A stretch of 64,000 bases of DNA from Verrucomicrobiota bacterium (GTDB taxonomy: Bacteria > Verrucomicrobiota > Verrucomicrobiia > Limisphaerales > AAA164-E04). Below, piece by piece: positions 19,313-30,125 of this stretch. The translations under genes and the position numbers were made by a program. The stretch spans positions 4,576,001-4,640,000 of the forward strand of contig CP170459.1 in NCBI GenBank assembly GCA_047947115.1, given 5' to 3'. How positions within the stretch are numbered: the stretch's first letter is position 1; every line of letters starts with the position of its first letter. The notes beneath the pieces were generated by a model. It did not search any database. It saw only the letters and a list, made by a program, of their open reading frames with translations, and was not told the DNA's origin.

Positions 19313-21436
19313 TCAAATACTGCGCTTTACTTCCATCACCGTATACCCACCTACCTGTCTCTTGGATTTACCGAATCGATCCTTGTTCACCTTTATGGAC
19401 AGTTTCACAAATTCCGCCTGAGAGCGAAGCTCACTCGCTCCCTCCACCAAAGCTGCCCTTTCGTAGATCCCATCCGGTCTCATTTTCCTGGCTTTGACGT
19501 TATCCGACTGGGATATCTGCAGCACTTCATTGACCAAACGATCACGTAAATTCCCGTCTTCCACCGGAAACACTGTTTCGATTCGCTTGAAAAAGTTACG
19601 GGGCATCCAGTCGGCGCTGCCTACAAACACCTCAGGTCGACACGCGTTTTCGAAATAAAAGATACGACTGTGTTCAAGGTATCGGTCCAAGATACTGGTC
19701 ACGCGAATGTTTTCGCTCAAGCCCTTCACCCCAGGCCGCAAACAACAAATCCCTCTGATAATCAAATCAATCTGGACCCCTGCTTTGGATGCTTCATAGA
19801 GGGCATCAATGGCTTGGCTATCCACCAGAGCATTCATTTTTGCGATAATCCTTGCAGGCAGTCCGCTTTTTGCGTGTTCTGTTTCACGCTGGATCTTTGC
19901 AATCATGCTGGCATGAAGATTGAACGGCGCCACCAACAACTTTTCGGTGCCCTGAAACTGACAGATCCCGGTCAAAAGATTAAACACTCCGCCTACATCC
20001 CGCCCCAAATCTTCTCGAGCGGTCAATAGTCCAATGTCTGTATACAACTTGGCTGTGCCTGGATTGTAATTCCCGGTCGCCAGGTGGACGTAACGACGAA
20101 TACCGTCATCATCCTTCCTTACCACCATGCACATTTTGCAGTGAATTTTGTATCCGACCAATCCATACAGCACATGCACCCCGGCCTGCTCAAGCTTGCG
20201 TGCTGCCTTGATGTTGTTGTCTTCATCAAAGCGCGCCTTTAATTCCATCACGACCGTCACTTGTTTGTCATGACGAACGGCATTCATCAATGCCTTGAAA
20301 ATGCGCGGATCGGATCCGGCACGATACATGGTCTGTTTGATGGCCAGAACTTTTGGGTCCTGAGCAGCCTGTTCGATAAAGTGAACGACACTGTTGAAGT
20401 TTTCGTACGGGTGATGCAACAGCACATCCTTTTCACGTATGACATCAAATATTCCTTTTTCCTCGAGGAAGGGATAAGCAACGGGAGCGACAAATGGTTT
20501 ATCCCTCAATTCAGGAGAATGATCGCCCTCATAAACCTGCATCAACTGGGTCGGATTCAGCGGCCCGTCCACGATGTAAAGATCCTCTTCCGATAGCTCC
20601 AACTCTTCCATCAACTGATGTCGCACGTGTGGCGGACAACCTTTTGAAATTTCAAGACGGACGGCATCCCCTTTGCGCCGGTTATCCAACTCCTCCTCCA
20701 TCGCTTTCAACATGTCGGATATGGATTCCTCGTCCAGATACAACTCGCTATTGCGTGTGACACGGAACATCCAATGTCCCAAAATACGATTACCCGGAAA
20801 CAAGCGATCCAAATGACGATAAATAATCTCCCCAAGGAACAGAAAGTCACGTTGCTTTCGAGTCACTTTGAACGGTACCAAACGAGGCAGATTTCGCGGA
20901 ACCTGAACAACGGCAAGTCGCTTTTCCTTGCGGTTCTTCAGGCTGACTTCGAGTTCAACAATAATGTTGAGTGATTTGTTGAGCAAAAGAGGAAATGGAT
21001 GGGAGGGATCAATACTCAATGGAGTCAGCACCGGATGTACCTCGGTTTCATAATACTGATCGCATCGCTTAAGCTGCCGTTCCGTCAGTTGGTCACACCG
21101 CAAGAGCTGGATGCCTGCGGCGCTTAACTGTGGCAGCAGTTGTTCACGCCAAAAGGCATATTGATCGTCCACAAGCCGACGCACCCGGCGGGACACCGCC
21201 TGAAAGGTCTCGGTGGCGGTGCGTCCGTCCCCTCCCCTTGTTACAATATCGCTCTCGATCTGCTGCTTGAGCCCAGCGACCCGGACCTCAAAAAATTCGT
21301 CGAGATTACTGCTGACTATGCAGAAAAACTTGAGACGCTCCAGCAATGGATTGGAGGCGTCCAAGGCTTCTTCCAGCACGCGATGATTAAACTCCAACCA
21401 ACCCAGTTCCCTATTAATGTAATGCGACGGTTCCAT
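19313..21436 (-). CDS. ppk1: Polyphosphate kinase 1
   Basis: YINRELGWLEFNHRVL, SNLDEFFEVRV, LLHHPY, ELKARFDE, KIHCK, DRYLEHSRI, SADWMPRN. Confidence 0.97.
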   Translation of the reverse strand: MEPSHYINRELGWLEFNHRVLEEALDASNPLLERLKFFCIVSSNLDEFFEVRVAGLKQQIESDIVTRGGDGRTATETFQAVSRRVRRLVDDQYAFWREQLLPQLSAAGIQLLRCDQLTERQLKRCDQYYETEVHPVLTPLSIDPSHPFPLLLNKSLNIIVELEVSLKNRKEKRLAVVQVPRNLPRLVPFKVTRKQRDFLFLGEIIYRHLDRLFPGNRILGHWMFRVTRNSELYLDEESISDMLKAMEEELDNRRKGDAVRLEISKGCPPHVRHQLMEELELSEEDLYIVDGPLNPTQLMQVYEGDHSPELRDKPFVAPVAYPFLEEKGIFDVIREKDVLLHHPYENFNSVVHFIEQAAQDPKVLAIKQTMYRAGSDPRIFKALMNAVRHDKQVTVVMELKARFDEDNNIKAARKLEQAGVHVLYGLVGYKIHCKMCMVVRKDDDGIRRYVHLATGNYNPGTAKLYTDIGLLTAREDLGRDVGGVFNLLTGICQFQGTEKLLVAPFNLHASMIAKIQRETEHAKSGLPARIIAKMNALVDSQAIDALYEASKAGVQIDLIIRGICCLRPGVKGLSENIRVTSILDRYLEHSRIFYFENACRPEVFVGSADWMPRNFFKRIETVFPVEDGNLRDRLVNEVLQISQSDNVKARKMRPDGIYERAALVEGASELRSQAEFVKLSIKVNKDRFGKSKRQVGGYTVMEVKRSI

Positions 21437-21497
21437 TTTTCGGCCGAATCATCCCACGAACGGTCAAAAGTGCGAAGTAAAATCAGTCCAAGACTCG

Positions 21498-22127
21498 TCA
21501 ACGTGAAGGTCCGGAGTCATTCCGGGCTTCGATAAATCTCTCCACGTATTTGCCCAACAAATCGGTTTCGATATTGATGAGATCGCCTTCTCTGCGCGTG
21601 TGCAGATTGGTCACCTGGTAGGTGTGGGGAATGATCCAGATTTGAAACCGGTTTACCAGAACCTTGGCCACCGTCAAACTGATTCCATCGAGCGCGACAG
21701 ATCCCTTATAAACCAGCAGGTGCATCAATTCAGCAGGTGGCTCGATCTCCAGCACCCAATCCGCTCCTTGCTTCTCCCATTTGACAATCTTTCCCATGCC
21801 GTCGACATGCCCTGTGACAAAGTGCCCGTCCAGGCTTCCGTTAAACGCCAGGGGACGTTCCAGGTTGACCTTGGAGCCCGGTTTCACTGTATGGAGATTT
21901 GTGACATTCCAGGTTTCCCTCAAAAGATCCAGCCGCACATATCCATTGCCATCACCACTTGGCGGGGTCAGTTTAACGACCGTCAGGCAACATCCGTTCA
22001 CCGCAATGCTATCCCCGATTTTCGCGCCCTGTAATGTCTTATCGGCAGCGAGTTCCAATCGAATGCCTTCGTCGGTTTCACTGACTTCCTTGACCTCTCC
22101 TGTTTCCGCAACGATACCCGTAAACAT
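21498..22127 (-). CDS. ribE: Riboflavin synthase (alpha chain)
   Basis: N-terminal MFTGIV, GDSIAVNGCCLTV, VNLER, GHFVTGHVDG, IIPHT. Confidence 0.97.
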   Translation of the reverse strand: MFTGIVAETGEVKEVSETDEGIRLELAADKTLQGAKIGDSIAVNGCCLTVVKLTPPSGDGNGYVRLDLLRETWNVTNLHTVKPGSKVNLERPLAFNGSLDGHFVTGHVDGMGKIVKWEKQGADWVLEIEPPAELMHLLVYKGSVALDGISLTVAKVLVNRFQIWIIPHTYQVTNLHTRREGDLINIETDLLGKYVERFIEARNDSGPSR

Positions 22128-22365
22128 CCTTTAAAAATCGAGGATCTTTACTCCAACGACAAGCATGGAATGTGATTATTACATTTGTGGTTGACTGAGA
22201 ATCGAAAGGAAAACTGAAATGGATCAAGGAATTTCAATTGATGTCTCAACTAATTACTTTCCAGGTTGTATCCACATCGAGCATGGATCACGGCTGCCTA
22301 TAAAATCTTAGGGAAGCACCTTTTTAGATTGGATTGCACTTTGACAAGATTACCTTGTTCTGCAA

Positions 22366-23670
22366 GTGTCTCTCTCAAGTGTGAAATTTTTGGAATCATC
22401 TCCTTTGCATCACTTTGGGATCTGGATTGGATCCGTAATGTTTGTATGGATGAGTAACCAGATCATCTATCCTTTCGAGCCTTTGGATATCAACGTGGTA
22501 ATGGAAGTGTTCAAACAAGCTTCCATTCCATTCTGTGCCTGCATCATCCTCAAAATCGCAGGAAATACTATCCACGCAAATGGTAAGAGACTCTGGTCAT
22601 ATTTCCTTTTTTTTTCCATATCCCTGACATCCTTGCTGGGAACAACTCAGACATTGACTGGTTCCCATGCTGAATCCACAAACTGGCTTTTTTATGGATT
22701 ATCTTTCTATTCGGCTTCACTTGCATTTCATTTTGCTCAAGCTGCACCTGGGCACCAAGTAAAATGGCCGATGACCATCTTTGCGGCTAACCCACTACTG
22801 ATTTTCACGGGCCCGATTGCCACACAATTTGGTCCTATCAGGCATAAATGCTGGAATAGGCGGGTTCGTTATTTTTTCCCTTTCGTGGTCATAGGACTTT
22901 TTTTTCACCAGACGATCGCGACACCTCTGGTTGAGACATTTCATCTGATAAAGAATACCGATCTAGTCTCTTCCCTGACATTTGCATTGATCTTTGAACT
23001 GTTTGTTTATGCCAACTTTTGTGGTTTATCGCTGCTGATTTACGGGCTTTTTGGTGTTGCGGGATACAAAATCCCTCTTAATTTTCGTCAACCCTTTTCA
23101 GCCTCTAACCTCATCGACTTTTGGAGAGGCTGGCACACGTCACTATCCAGTGTTCTTAAAATCTTGTTTTATGTCCCCGCACGCAAGGCATGGAACACCG
23201 AGTCAGCCATCATAATCGTGTATTTTGCTTCGGCGATGTGGCATGGCGTAACCTGGAATTTTGTTATTTGGGGGCTCATGCACGGATGCTTTTTTGTAAT
23301 CGGTCTCCACTTACTGAGGAGAAAAATCAGGTTTCTTTCCGTTCCACTCATGGTTACAGGCATCATTTTGGGAAGACTAGTCTTTGCAGATGCAAATTTT
23401 GATCGACTCTCAGAAAAACTGTCCTTTCGTTACCGCGGACTCGAGGTGTTTGGGGTAATTGCTGACCTTACCACCCGATGTCAGTTATCACTCCTAATAA
23501 TATTAGGTATCGTCGGGTCTGAGTTTTTCTTTCAACGCCACCCTTGTTTCCGAAAGCGGAATTACAAATTCCTCCGTCTGCCAATGGTTCAAATCATTCT
23601 CATGATACTGCTTGCGCTGACACTTTCCAGATCGGCAAACCCTGATTTTGCAGTTTACGGGCAACGTTAG
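22366..23670 (+). CDS. MBOAT family O-acyltransferase (AlgI/DltB-like)
   Basis: Polytopic; NFRQPFSASNLIDFWRGWHTSLS, SAMWHG...NFVIWGLMHG; start uncertain. Confidence 0.85.
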   Translation: MSLSSVKFLESSPLHHFGIWIGSVMFVWMSNQIIYPFEPLDINVVMEVFKQASIPFCACIILKIAGNTIHANGKRLWSYFLFFSISLTSLLGTTQTLTGSHAESTNWLFYGLSFYSASLAFHFAQAAPGHQVKWPMTIFAANPLLIFTGPIATQFGPIRHKCWNRRVRYFFPFVVIGLFFHQTIATPLVETFHLIKNTDLVSSLTFALIFELFVYANFCGLSLLIYGLFGVAGYKIPLNFRQPFSASNLIDFWRGWHTSLSSVLKILFYVPARKAWNTESAIIIVYFASAMWHGVTWNFVIWGLMHGCFFVIGLHLLRRKIRFLSVPLMVTGIILGRLVFADANFDRLSEKLSFRYRGLEVFGVIADLTTRCQLSLLIILGIVGSEFFFQRHPCFRKRNYKFLRLPMVQIILMILLALTLSRSANPDFAVYGQR

Positions 23671-23684
23671 AAAAACAAAAGCCG

Positions 23685-24644
23685 ATGAATCAAATTGAAG
23701 CAGGTAGAAAACCCATGATACAAAGGTATCGAATAGGTTTGTTGAATCCTAAGGCCACATTTTGGCTGCCCTTGGCAATTTTCACCACTTACCTTGCAAC
23801 CATCCTCTGGCAACATTTCTCACAGGATGATCATGGTTTGCGAGCGATTGCACAAGCACATCTCAAAAACATCCAAACGAAAAACAGAACCGTCAAGGGT
23901 TTGATATTCGGAGGTTCCAATGCGGTTTACGGTCTTTCCGCTGAACTCCTGAGTCAGGAAACTTCAATCCCTTTTTACAATGTCTCGCTTATAGGCGGAG
24001 GTATATCCAAATCACTCTATGAAGATTATATTGAGGAGATATCAAGCAAGGGTTTGTTACCTGAGCAAATCGAATGTGTCGTTTACTCGACCATTCTTCC
24101 GTTGAGACCCAATGCAATTGAACGATACCTGACAACCAAGGGGTATTCAACTGTTTGGGGAAGAAAGCGATTTAATTTCAGGCTATCCGTCGCACTTGGC
24201 GAGCAGTTGTATCGTCGTTTATTCATAAACCAACGGCCGAGACCCGACTTCTCTCTTCCATCCGAATATGGAGACATGTTTTTCGATCTTATTCCCTGTG
24301 ATCTCACTGATATACAGGGTAGCCCAACCGTGGAGAGCCCAGATTTGGTTGTCGATTTTTATGATGAAATAGGTCTTTTTCTAAAAAATCACTATATGAA
24401 TGCTTCCATCTATTTCATTATCCCAAGCGAATACTACCGGGATTCGTCCCTTCCCAAAACCTGGAAGACGGAACTGGATTCACTGTGGAAACAAAAAGGG
24501 CATCAAGGGATTCATTTAATCTTTCAAGACGCCTTTCCCGACACGACTTTCCTATGCGACAGCAAACACCACGCAAATGCAAAGGGCAGACAATGGCGCA
24601 CATTAAACCTCATCGACAAAATGAATATCTCCTCGAAGGACTAA
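23685..24644 (+). CDS. Membrane-anchored SGNH-like protein (AlgJ/DltD-like MBOAT partner)
   Basis: One N-terminal TM; IFGGSN (GDS-like block) and C-terminal DSKH (DxxH); 14 bp after the MBOAT gene. Confidence 0.55.
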   Translation: MNQIEAGRKPMIQRYRIGLLNPKATFWLPLAIFTTYLATILWQHFSQDDHGLRAIAQAHLKNIQTKNRTVKGLIFGGSNAVYGLSAELLSQETSIPFYNVSLIGGGISKSLYEDYIEEISSKGLLPEQIECVVYSTILPLRPNAIERYLTTKGYSTVWGRKRFNFRLSVALGEQLYRRLFINQRPRPDFSLPSEYGDMFFDLIPCDLTDIQGSPTVESPDLVVDFYDEIGLFLKNHYMNASIYFIIPSEYYRDSSLPKTWKTELDSLWKQKGHQGIHLIFQDAFPDTTFLCDSKHHANAKGRQWRTLNLIDKMNISSKD

Positions 24645-24652
24645 GGAATTTG

Positions 24653-27127
24653 CTATTTCACCAGATGCTCAACACCATGACTCAGAGAATTAAAAGTGCC
24701 GCTTCCTGTATGGATCCACTGACCGACACGGATCATGAGGCGTGTTTGGCTGGGAATATGATCGGGTAGATTCCAGTATTCCAGAGTGGGTTCCAAACGT
24801 GTGATGGTCTCATACCGTTCAAGGTCGTTGTCGAAATAGTAGAGGTAAACGCCCTCCAAGTTGGTAATTCTTGGGTTTTTCCAAGTCAACTGCCTGGTAT
24901 CGCCGGCCATCTTCAGGACAAGCCCAGACACGGGAGAAGTAACAAATATTCTCAGGGTCGGGTCTCCCATGATAGCCAGGGCACGAGTCGCAGAGACGGG
25001 GCGTTGATTGGCGGATCGCAAATATCCATACCCCAGACATTCTCCCCTGCCCAAATCTCCTAACCACCAGGGCCCCACCAGCATGCTGAATGAGGCCAGG
25101 CCGGCCTCGGGTGTTGTGAGACACGCGCGCAGAAATGCGTCAGGCAGGTTCCAGTCTCCATGCCAGGACGAATGAAACATCAGGAAGGCAGCGTGTGGGG
25201 CCTTCTCCGGACGGTTAAAATCCCGGGTTCTCCTTACACCGCTCGCAAAGGAGGCGCTGCCACTGTATCCCCCCATAAATGCCCAACTGGGGCGGCTATC
25301 TTCAATGAACCCATCTCCTATCCGGACGGGGCCCGGCACATGACCATACCACTTGGCCGCATTCATGATTGCCGGTTTGTGAACCGACATGCTTTGATTC
25401 CGGGGCAGGTAGGATCGAATCACAGCTTCTGAGTCAAAGGAAAGATCCCCCTTTCGGAATGCCAGGTTCTTTCGCAAGTATTGGCGGAGCAACTCCGTTT
25501 CGACCTCGGATTTTCTTCGGGGCTTGTTTTCCAGAATGGCTCCACTGATGTTGGGCAGATTGGCAAAATCAATTCTGCCCACGGCAACTTCCAATTGCGT
25601 CGGCATCCGATCCTCATCAAATTTCCCGTCGCCCGGTACGTTGTGATTGCTATAATGAGAGCCTCCAGAGTGATTCACGACCTGGTCCCGCCAGACCCCG
25701 TCCAGATCACCATAGTAAGCGTCACAGGACCATGCACCACGATGATCATCCCCGGGTCGAGCGTGTCCATCCAGCGCGACAAAACCGGAGTACGGTACGG
25801 CAACATGCCCCAAAATCACCAACACTTTCAGCCCATCCACCGGCGCGGCAAGGTGGGTGTGAATGATTTCCTTAACCTTGGCAATGCGTTTGATGTTTGT
25901 TTTCCAGCGTGTGTCACTGTGCCTGGGAGCTTTGTCAATCGCCACCGTCCACCCGTCCAATTCCAACTGCTGCTGAAAGCCATTCAAATCATCCTTCAAA
26001 TCGCGATACTGAGTATCATCCACCAACAGCAATACTTTACCTCGATGATGTGTCGGTCCGGAATAGACTGCAACATGAACCTGATTGGTGGTGCCTGGAT
26101 AGTTGTAGGGATGAACCTGATACTCATACACCTGTCCCGGCGAAAGGACTTCCGAGGTGTCCAGGTAATGGAATTCATCGACTCCTTCAGCCACTGTAGT
26201 CCAAGTCTCTTGTTCCTGCTCCCGTCGTTTTACAGCATATCGAACCCCTCCCCGCGGAGCCCATTCCAGACGAACAGCGACCGGGTCTTTTTCAACCCGG
26301 GCACTTAAGGCGAAGTATTTGAAGTCATTCTCCGGATCACCGAGAGGGTAATTGAACAACTCAAAGCCATCGATCACCCCCTTGACAGGCTGATACCCCC
26401 ACGGTGTGTTGCCCACCGCCAAACCGGTTTCCGCCAATGCCTCGGCCGGTGGAACAATCGATATCCCCTTGCCTGGTCCATACATTTTGCCATCAAGATA
26501 AATCCAGGTTTCCTTCTCTGAATAACTGATGGTGATCTCATACCATTGGTGCCTGCTGAACTGAAGAGGCGCACTGATGAATGTGTCGCCTTGGTCCATG
26601 GATTGAGCACCCAACTGGATGCGCTCGCCTTTGGGGTCCATACTGAGCCCCCAATATCCCTTCATGTCTCCCGTGGGCGCCATCCATTTTCCAAGACTGA
26701 AAAATGAACCATAACCACCCGGTCCTTCACCAGAAGCCCAGTCTGGACGAAACCAAAAGCGAACAGCCCCATGATGCGGCGAAAAGGTAGATGAACCAGC
26801 CGATCCCAGATCCAGAATTATACCATCTTGATTTTCCCTGGACCGGAGCCCCTTATTCTCAAGACCGTCCACAAATGCAGGTTGAAGACCCACAATCGAT
26901 CCGGGGACAGCCTCGGAAGACTGTGGCGATTGAGGAAGAAACCGGCTTTTGAAGGGACCATCATTGAAGTTCAATCCCAAAGTGCGAACTGAACTAACTG
27001 CTGCCATCGTCTTTTCGATCGCGCAACACCAAAGGACCCCAAGAAAAATCACAGCCACAAACCGGGCCGAACGACTTGCCGTCAAAGGATATTGAAACTT
27101 TTTCGCAAAACCATGCATCGTATTCAA
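24653..27127 (-). CDS. Secreted multidomain protein: LamG-like + FN3 + gingipain(C25)-like domain
   Basis: Signal-like N-terminus; FWFRP...WYEITISY...IYLDG...GVIDGF (LamG); LEW...YAVKRR...YEYQV (FN3); ILGHVAVPYSG, DAYYGD, VGRID, MGDPTLR. Confidence 0.6.
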   Translation of the reverse strand: MNTMHGFAKKFQYPLTASRSARFVAVIFLGVLWCCAIEKTMAAVSSVRTLGLNFNDGPFKSRFLPQSPQSSEAVPGSIVGLQPAFVDGLENKGLRSRENQDGIILDLGSAGSSTFSPHHGAVRFWFRPDWASGEGPGGYGSFFSLGKWMAPTGDMKGYWGLSMDPKGERIQLGAQSMDQGDTFISAPLQFSRHQWYEITISYSEKETWIYLDGKMYGPGKGISIVPPAEALAETGLAVGNTPWGYQPVKGVIDGFELFNYPLGDPENDFKYFALSARVEKDPVAVRLEWAPRGGVRYAVKRREQEQETWTTVAEGVDEFHYLDTSEVLSPGQVYEYQVHPYNYPGTTNQVHVAVYSGPTHHRGKVLLLVDDTQYRDLKDDLNGFQQQLELDGWTVAIDKAPRHSDTRWKTNIKRIAKVKEIIHTHLAAPVDGLKVLVILGHVAVPYSGFVALDGHARPGDDHRGAWSCDAYYGDLDGVWRDQVVNHSGGSHYSNHNVPGDGKFDEDRMPTQLEVAVGRIDFANLPNISGAILENKPRRKSEVETELLRQYLRKNLAFRKGDLSFDSEAVIRSYLPRNQSMSVHKPAIMNAAKWYGHVPGPVRIGDGFIEDSRPSWAFMGGYSGSASFASGVRRTRDFNRPEKAPHAAFLMFHSSWHGDWNLPDAFLRACLTTPEAGLASFSMLVGPWWLGDLGRGECLGYGYLRSANQRPVSATRALAIMGDPTLRIFVTSPVSGLVLKMAGDTRQLTWKNPRITNLEGVYLYYFDNDLERYETITRLEPTLEYWNLPDHIPSQTRLMIRVGQWIHTGSGTFNSLSHGVEHLVK

Positions 27128-27307
27128 AAATCAAACCACCAAAAGGTCGTGTCCTACCGAAGAACACAACCACATCTCAATGACCGTTTTCCACATGATT
27201 CCAATCGGCACGGATCACGGTCCTCTTAAAGACCATCGTAGCAACTGGAAAAAAATCAATGAAACAATGTTGAATCTAGACCAAATCAGTGCAAACTCTT
27301 TCCCATC

Positions 27308-29527
27308 ATGAAGAACACTGAAATGCGCATCGCACTGATCCTTTCCTTGTTGATTTATTCGCCCTTGCAGGCGCTTGACTTCAGCAAACGACAAAGCGCC
27401 AACATCACAAAAGCGGCCAGTGTGATATTGAGCAACAATCACTATCGCCAGCAACTGATTGACAACAGCATTTCCGAAATCTTTTTTGACAACTATCTGG
27501 ATTCACTGGACCTGAATCACCAGATTTTCCTCCAATCGGACATAGAAGAATTTCGGGAAAAATATGCCGGTTTTCTGGATGACTACACCGTCGGCACATT
27601 AAAAAACGAATCCGTTTACAATGCCACTCCTGCATTTGACATTTTCGAACGATTCAAAACCCGCCTCAAGGAACGCAGGGCGGACATTGAAGAACTGCTG
27701 AAAGAGGATTACCAATTCGATGTGGACGACGAGATCATGGTCAAGCGATCCGAAGAACCCTGGCCAAACTCGGAAGCGGAAGCTCGGGAACTCTGGCGTC
27801 TCCGCATCAAATACGACATGCTTCAGGGTCGCCTATCCAAAGACGACACGGATAAAATCAAAGAACGGCTCTCAAAACGATACGATCGACTGGTCAAAGA
27901 CTTTGAAACGCTGGAAACAGACGAGATATTGGAGCTTTATTTGACGGCTCTGGCCAATGCCTATGATCCGCATTCCAACTACATGAGCCCCACATCGGCC
28001 GATGATTTTTACATTAAAAACGTCAACAACGAACTGACCGGTATTGGCGCCCTGCTCCGAAGCAACGAAGGGTATTGCCAAATTGTCAGCCTGGTTCCTG
28101 GAGGGCCTGCCGACAAAAGCAAACAGATCAAGCCCGGAGACAAGATCATCGCAGTCGCCCAGGGGAATGACGAATCCGTGGACGTAGTGGAGATGAAGTT
28201 GAACAAGGTCGTGCAGATGATTCGGGGAGAGCTCAAAACCAAAGTTCGACTCACGGTGATTCCGGCAAAATCCACCGATGGATCCGAAACCAAGGAAGTC
28301 GTGCTGATCCGTGAAAAAATCGAATTGAAGGAGCAGTTCTCGAAAGCCCGCATCATTGAACTCCCAGAGGGAGAAGGTGGTAAAACCCGCCGGTTCGGGG
28401 TACTGACCGTTCCCCAGTATTACGACAAAGTTGCGCAGGACACCGCTTTACTTCTGCAACGCCTTAAAAAGGAAAATGTTGAAGGGATAGCCCTGGACCT
28501 CAGACGTAACGGTGGCGGCATACTTCCAGAAGCAGTGGAATTGACCGGTTTGTTTTTCCCGGAAGGCCCTGTTGTCCAAGTTCAGAATTTTGTCAAACAA
28601 AAGCAGGTATTGAACGATGAAAACCCTTCAACCGAATATGATGGCCCTTTGGTGGTGCTGGTCAGTCATTTAAGCGCCTCGGCAGCGGAAATCACTGCAG
28701 CTGCCCTGCAGGACTATGGCAGAGCGGTTGTCGTCGGTGACAAATCCACCCACGGAAAAGGCACCGTCCAGACCTTGATTGAAATGAATCGTTTCCCAGG
28801 CATGCCTGATGAGGCGGGCCTCATGAAATACACCATATCCAAATTTTACAGAATAGCCGGCGGCACCACGCAAAAGCAGGGAGTGACACCGGACATTATC
28901 CTGCCATCCATCTATGATTACATGGAACTTGGAGAGGCCAACCTTCCTCGCAGCCTCGATCCCGATTCCATCCAGCCCGCTGATTACAAAACCATGCACC
29001 GTGTCAACGAACCTATTTTGGATGTTCTTCGAAATAAATCGAAACAACGCATCGAACAGGACAGAGATTTCCAGTATATTCAGGACGATATCGAACGATA
29101 TCTGGAAATCAAACAACGCAAGACAATCAGTCTCAACGAAGAAAAACGCATCCCCGAAAAAGCGGAAGACAAAGAACGTAACGAAAAACGGGACGAAGAA
29201 CGCAAGGCACGGCGCTATCCAGGGCTCAAGATCTATCGTATCACCATGGATCAGGTTCGTGATGAATCTCCAGCCGAGCTCATGTTTGATGGAGATAACC
29301 CCGAACATTACGTCGTCGAAGAAGACACCGATGCGGATGAGGAGACCGAAGGGGAACTCCCGGCTATCCAGGAAGACTCATACGTCGGAGACGAACAGGA
29401 TGAGATCGATAAAAGACTCGATGCCTATACCCGGGAAGGGGTGCGCATCCTCAGAGATTACATCGACGCACTCAAAGCTGACGACAAGGAACCGGGCAAC
29501 CGGTTGACGGCCAGCAGCAATCGTTGA
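27308..29527 (+). CDS. prc: Carboxy-terminal processing protease (Prc/Tsp, S41)
   Basis: DPHSNY, GIGA PDZ region, DLRRNGGG, SASAAEI, GKGTVQ, TTQKQGVTPDI. Confidence 0.92.
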   Translation: MKNTEMRIALILSLLIYSPLQALDFSKRQSANITKAASVILSNNHYRQQLIDNSISEIFFDNYLDSLDLNHQIFLQSDIEEFREKYAGFLDDYTVGTLKNESVYNATPAFDIFERFKTRLKERRADIEELLKEDYQFDVDDEIMVKRSEEPWPNSEAEARELWRLRIKYDMLQGRLSKDDTDKIKERLSKRYDRLVKDFETLETDEILELYLTALANAYDPHSNYMSPTSADDFYIKNVNNELTGIGALLRSNEGYCQIVSLVPGGPADKSKQIKPGDKIIAVAQGNDESVDVVEMKLNKVVQMIRGELKTKVRLTVIPAKSTDGSETKEVVLIREKIELKEQFSKARIIELPEGEGGKTRRFGVLTVPQYYDKVAQDTALLLQRLKKENVEGIALDLRRNGGGILPEAVELTGLFFPEGPVVQVQNFVKQKQVLNDENPSTEYDGPLVVLVSHLSASAAEITAAALQDYGRAVVVGDKSTHGKGTVQTLIEMNRFPGMPDEAGLMKYTISKFYRIAGGTTQKQGVTPDIILPSIYDYMELGEANLPRSLDPDSIQPADYKTMHRVNEPILDVLRNKSKQRIEQDRDFQYIQDDIERYLEIKQRKTISLNEEKRIPEKAEDKERNEKRDEERKARRYPGLKIYRITMDQVRDESPAELMFDGDNPEHYVVEEDTDADEETEGELPAIQEDSYVGDEQDEIDKRLDAYTREGVRILRDYIDALKADDKEPGNRLTASSNR

Positions 29528-29576
29528 GCTAAATGATTGCCAAATCCATCCTTTCATCGCAAAATGCCAAGCAAAT

Positions 29577-30125
29577 ATGAGTAAGGTAATCAAGGGACCA
29601 GTTTACGTCGTCAAAGACAATATCGATACGGATCAAATCATTCCGGCACAATATCTGAACCTCATTCCAACGATAGAGGATGAGTATGAAAAGCTCGGCA
29701 GCTACGCCATGTGCGGCCTGCCTGATTCACTTTATCCAGAACGCTATGTGGAGGAAGGGAAAGTTGACAGCCAGTATCCCATCGTCGTGGCCGGACGTAA
29801 TTTCGGATGTGGAAGTTCCCGCGAACATGCTCCCATTGCCATGGGCTCTGCCGACTGCCAGTTGGTGTTGGCCGAAAGTTTCGCACGCATTTTTTTCCGC
29901 AACTGTGTCGCCACCGGGGAACTCTACCCCTGCGAATGCACCGACAGGCTGTGTGACGTTTTGAAAAACGGAGACGTCGTCACCGTCGATCTGGATGCTT
30001 GCACCGTTACTGTGGATGAAACGGGAAAAACTTATTCGTTCAAACCATTGGGAGACGTCCGATCCGTGGTTGATGCCGGCGGCTTGTTCAATTACGCCAG
30101 GCAGAACAACATGATCAGTGCATAA
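29577..30125 (+). CDS. leuD: 3-isopropylmalate dehydratase / homoaconitase small subunit
   Basis: DNIDTDQIIPA, NFGCGSSREHA, SFARIFFRN. Confidence 0.88.
   Translation: MSKVIKGPVYVVKDNIDTDQIIPAQYLNLIPTIEDEYEKLGSYAMCGLPDSLYPERYVEEGKVDSQYPIVVAGRNFGCGSSREHAPIAMGSADCQLVLAESFARIFFRNCVATGELYPCECTDRLCDVLKNGDVVTVDLDACTVTVDETGKTYSFKPLGDVRSVVDAGGLFNYARQNNMISA

Noticed and set aside
19313..21436. ppk1 as phosphate donor for polyphosphorylation by the lasso-type kinase
   Set aside because: Opposite strand, linked to riboflavin synthase and separated by an IS scar; adjacency alone is not evidence
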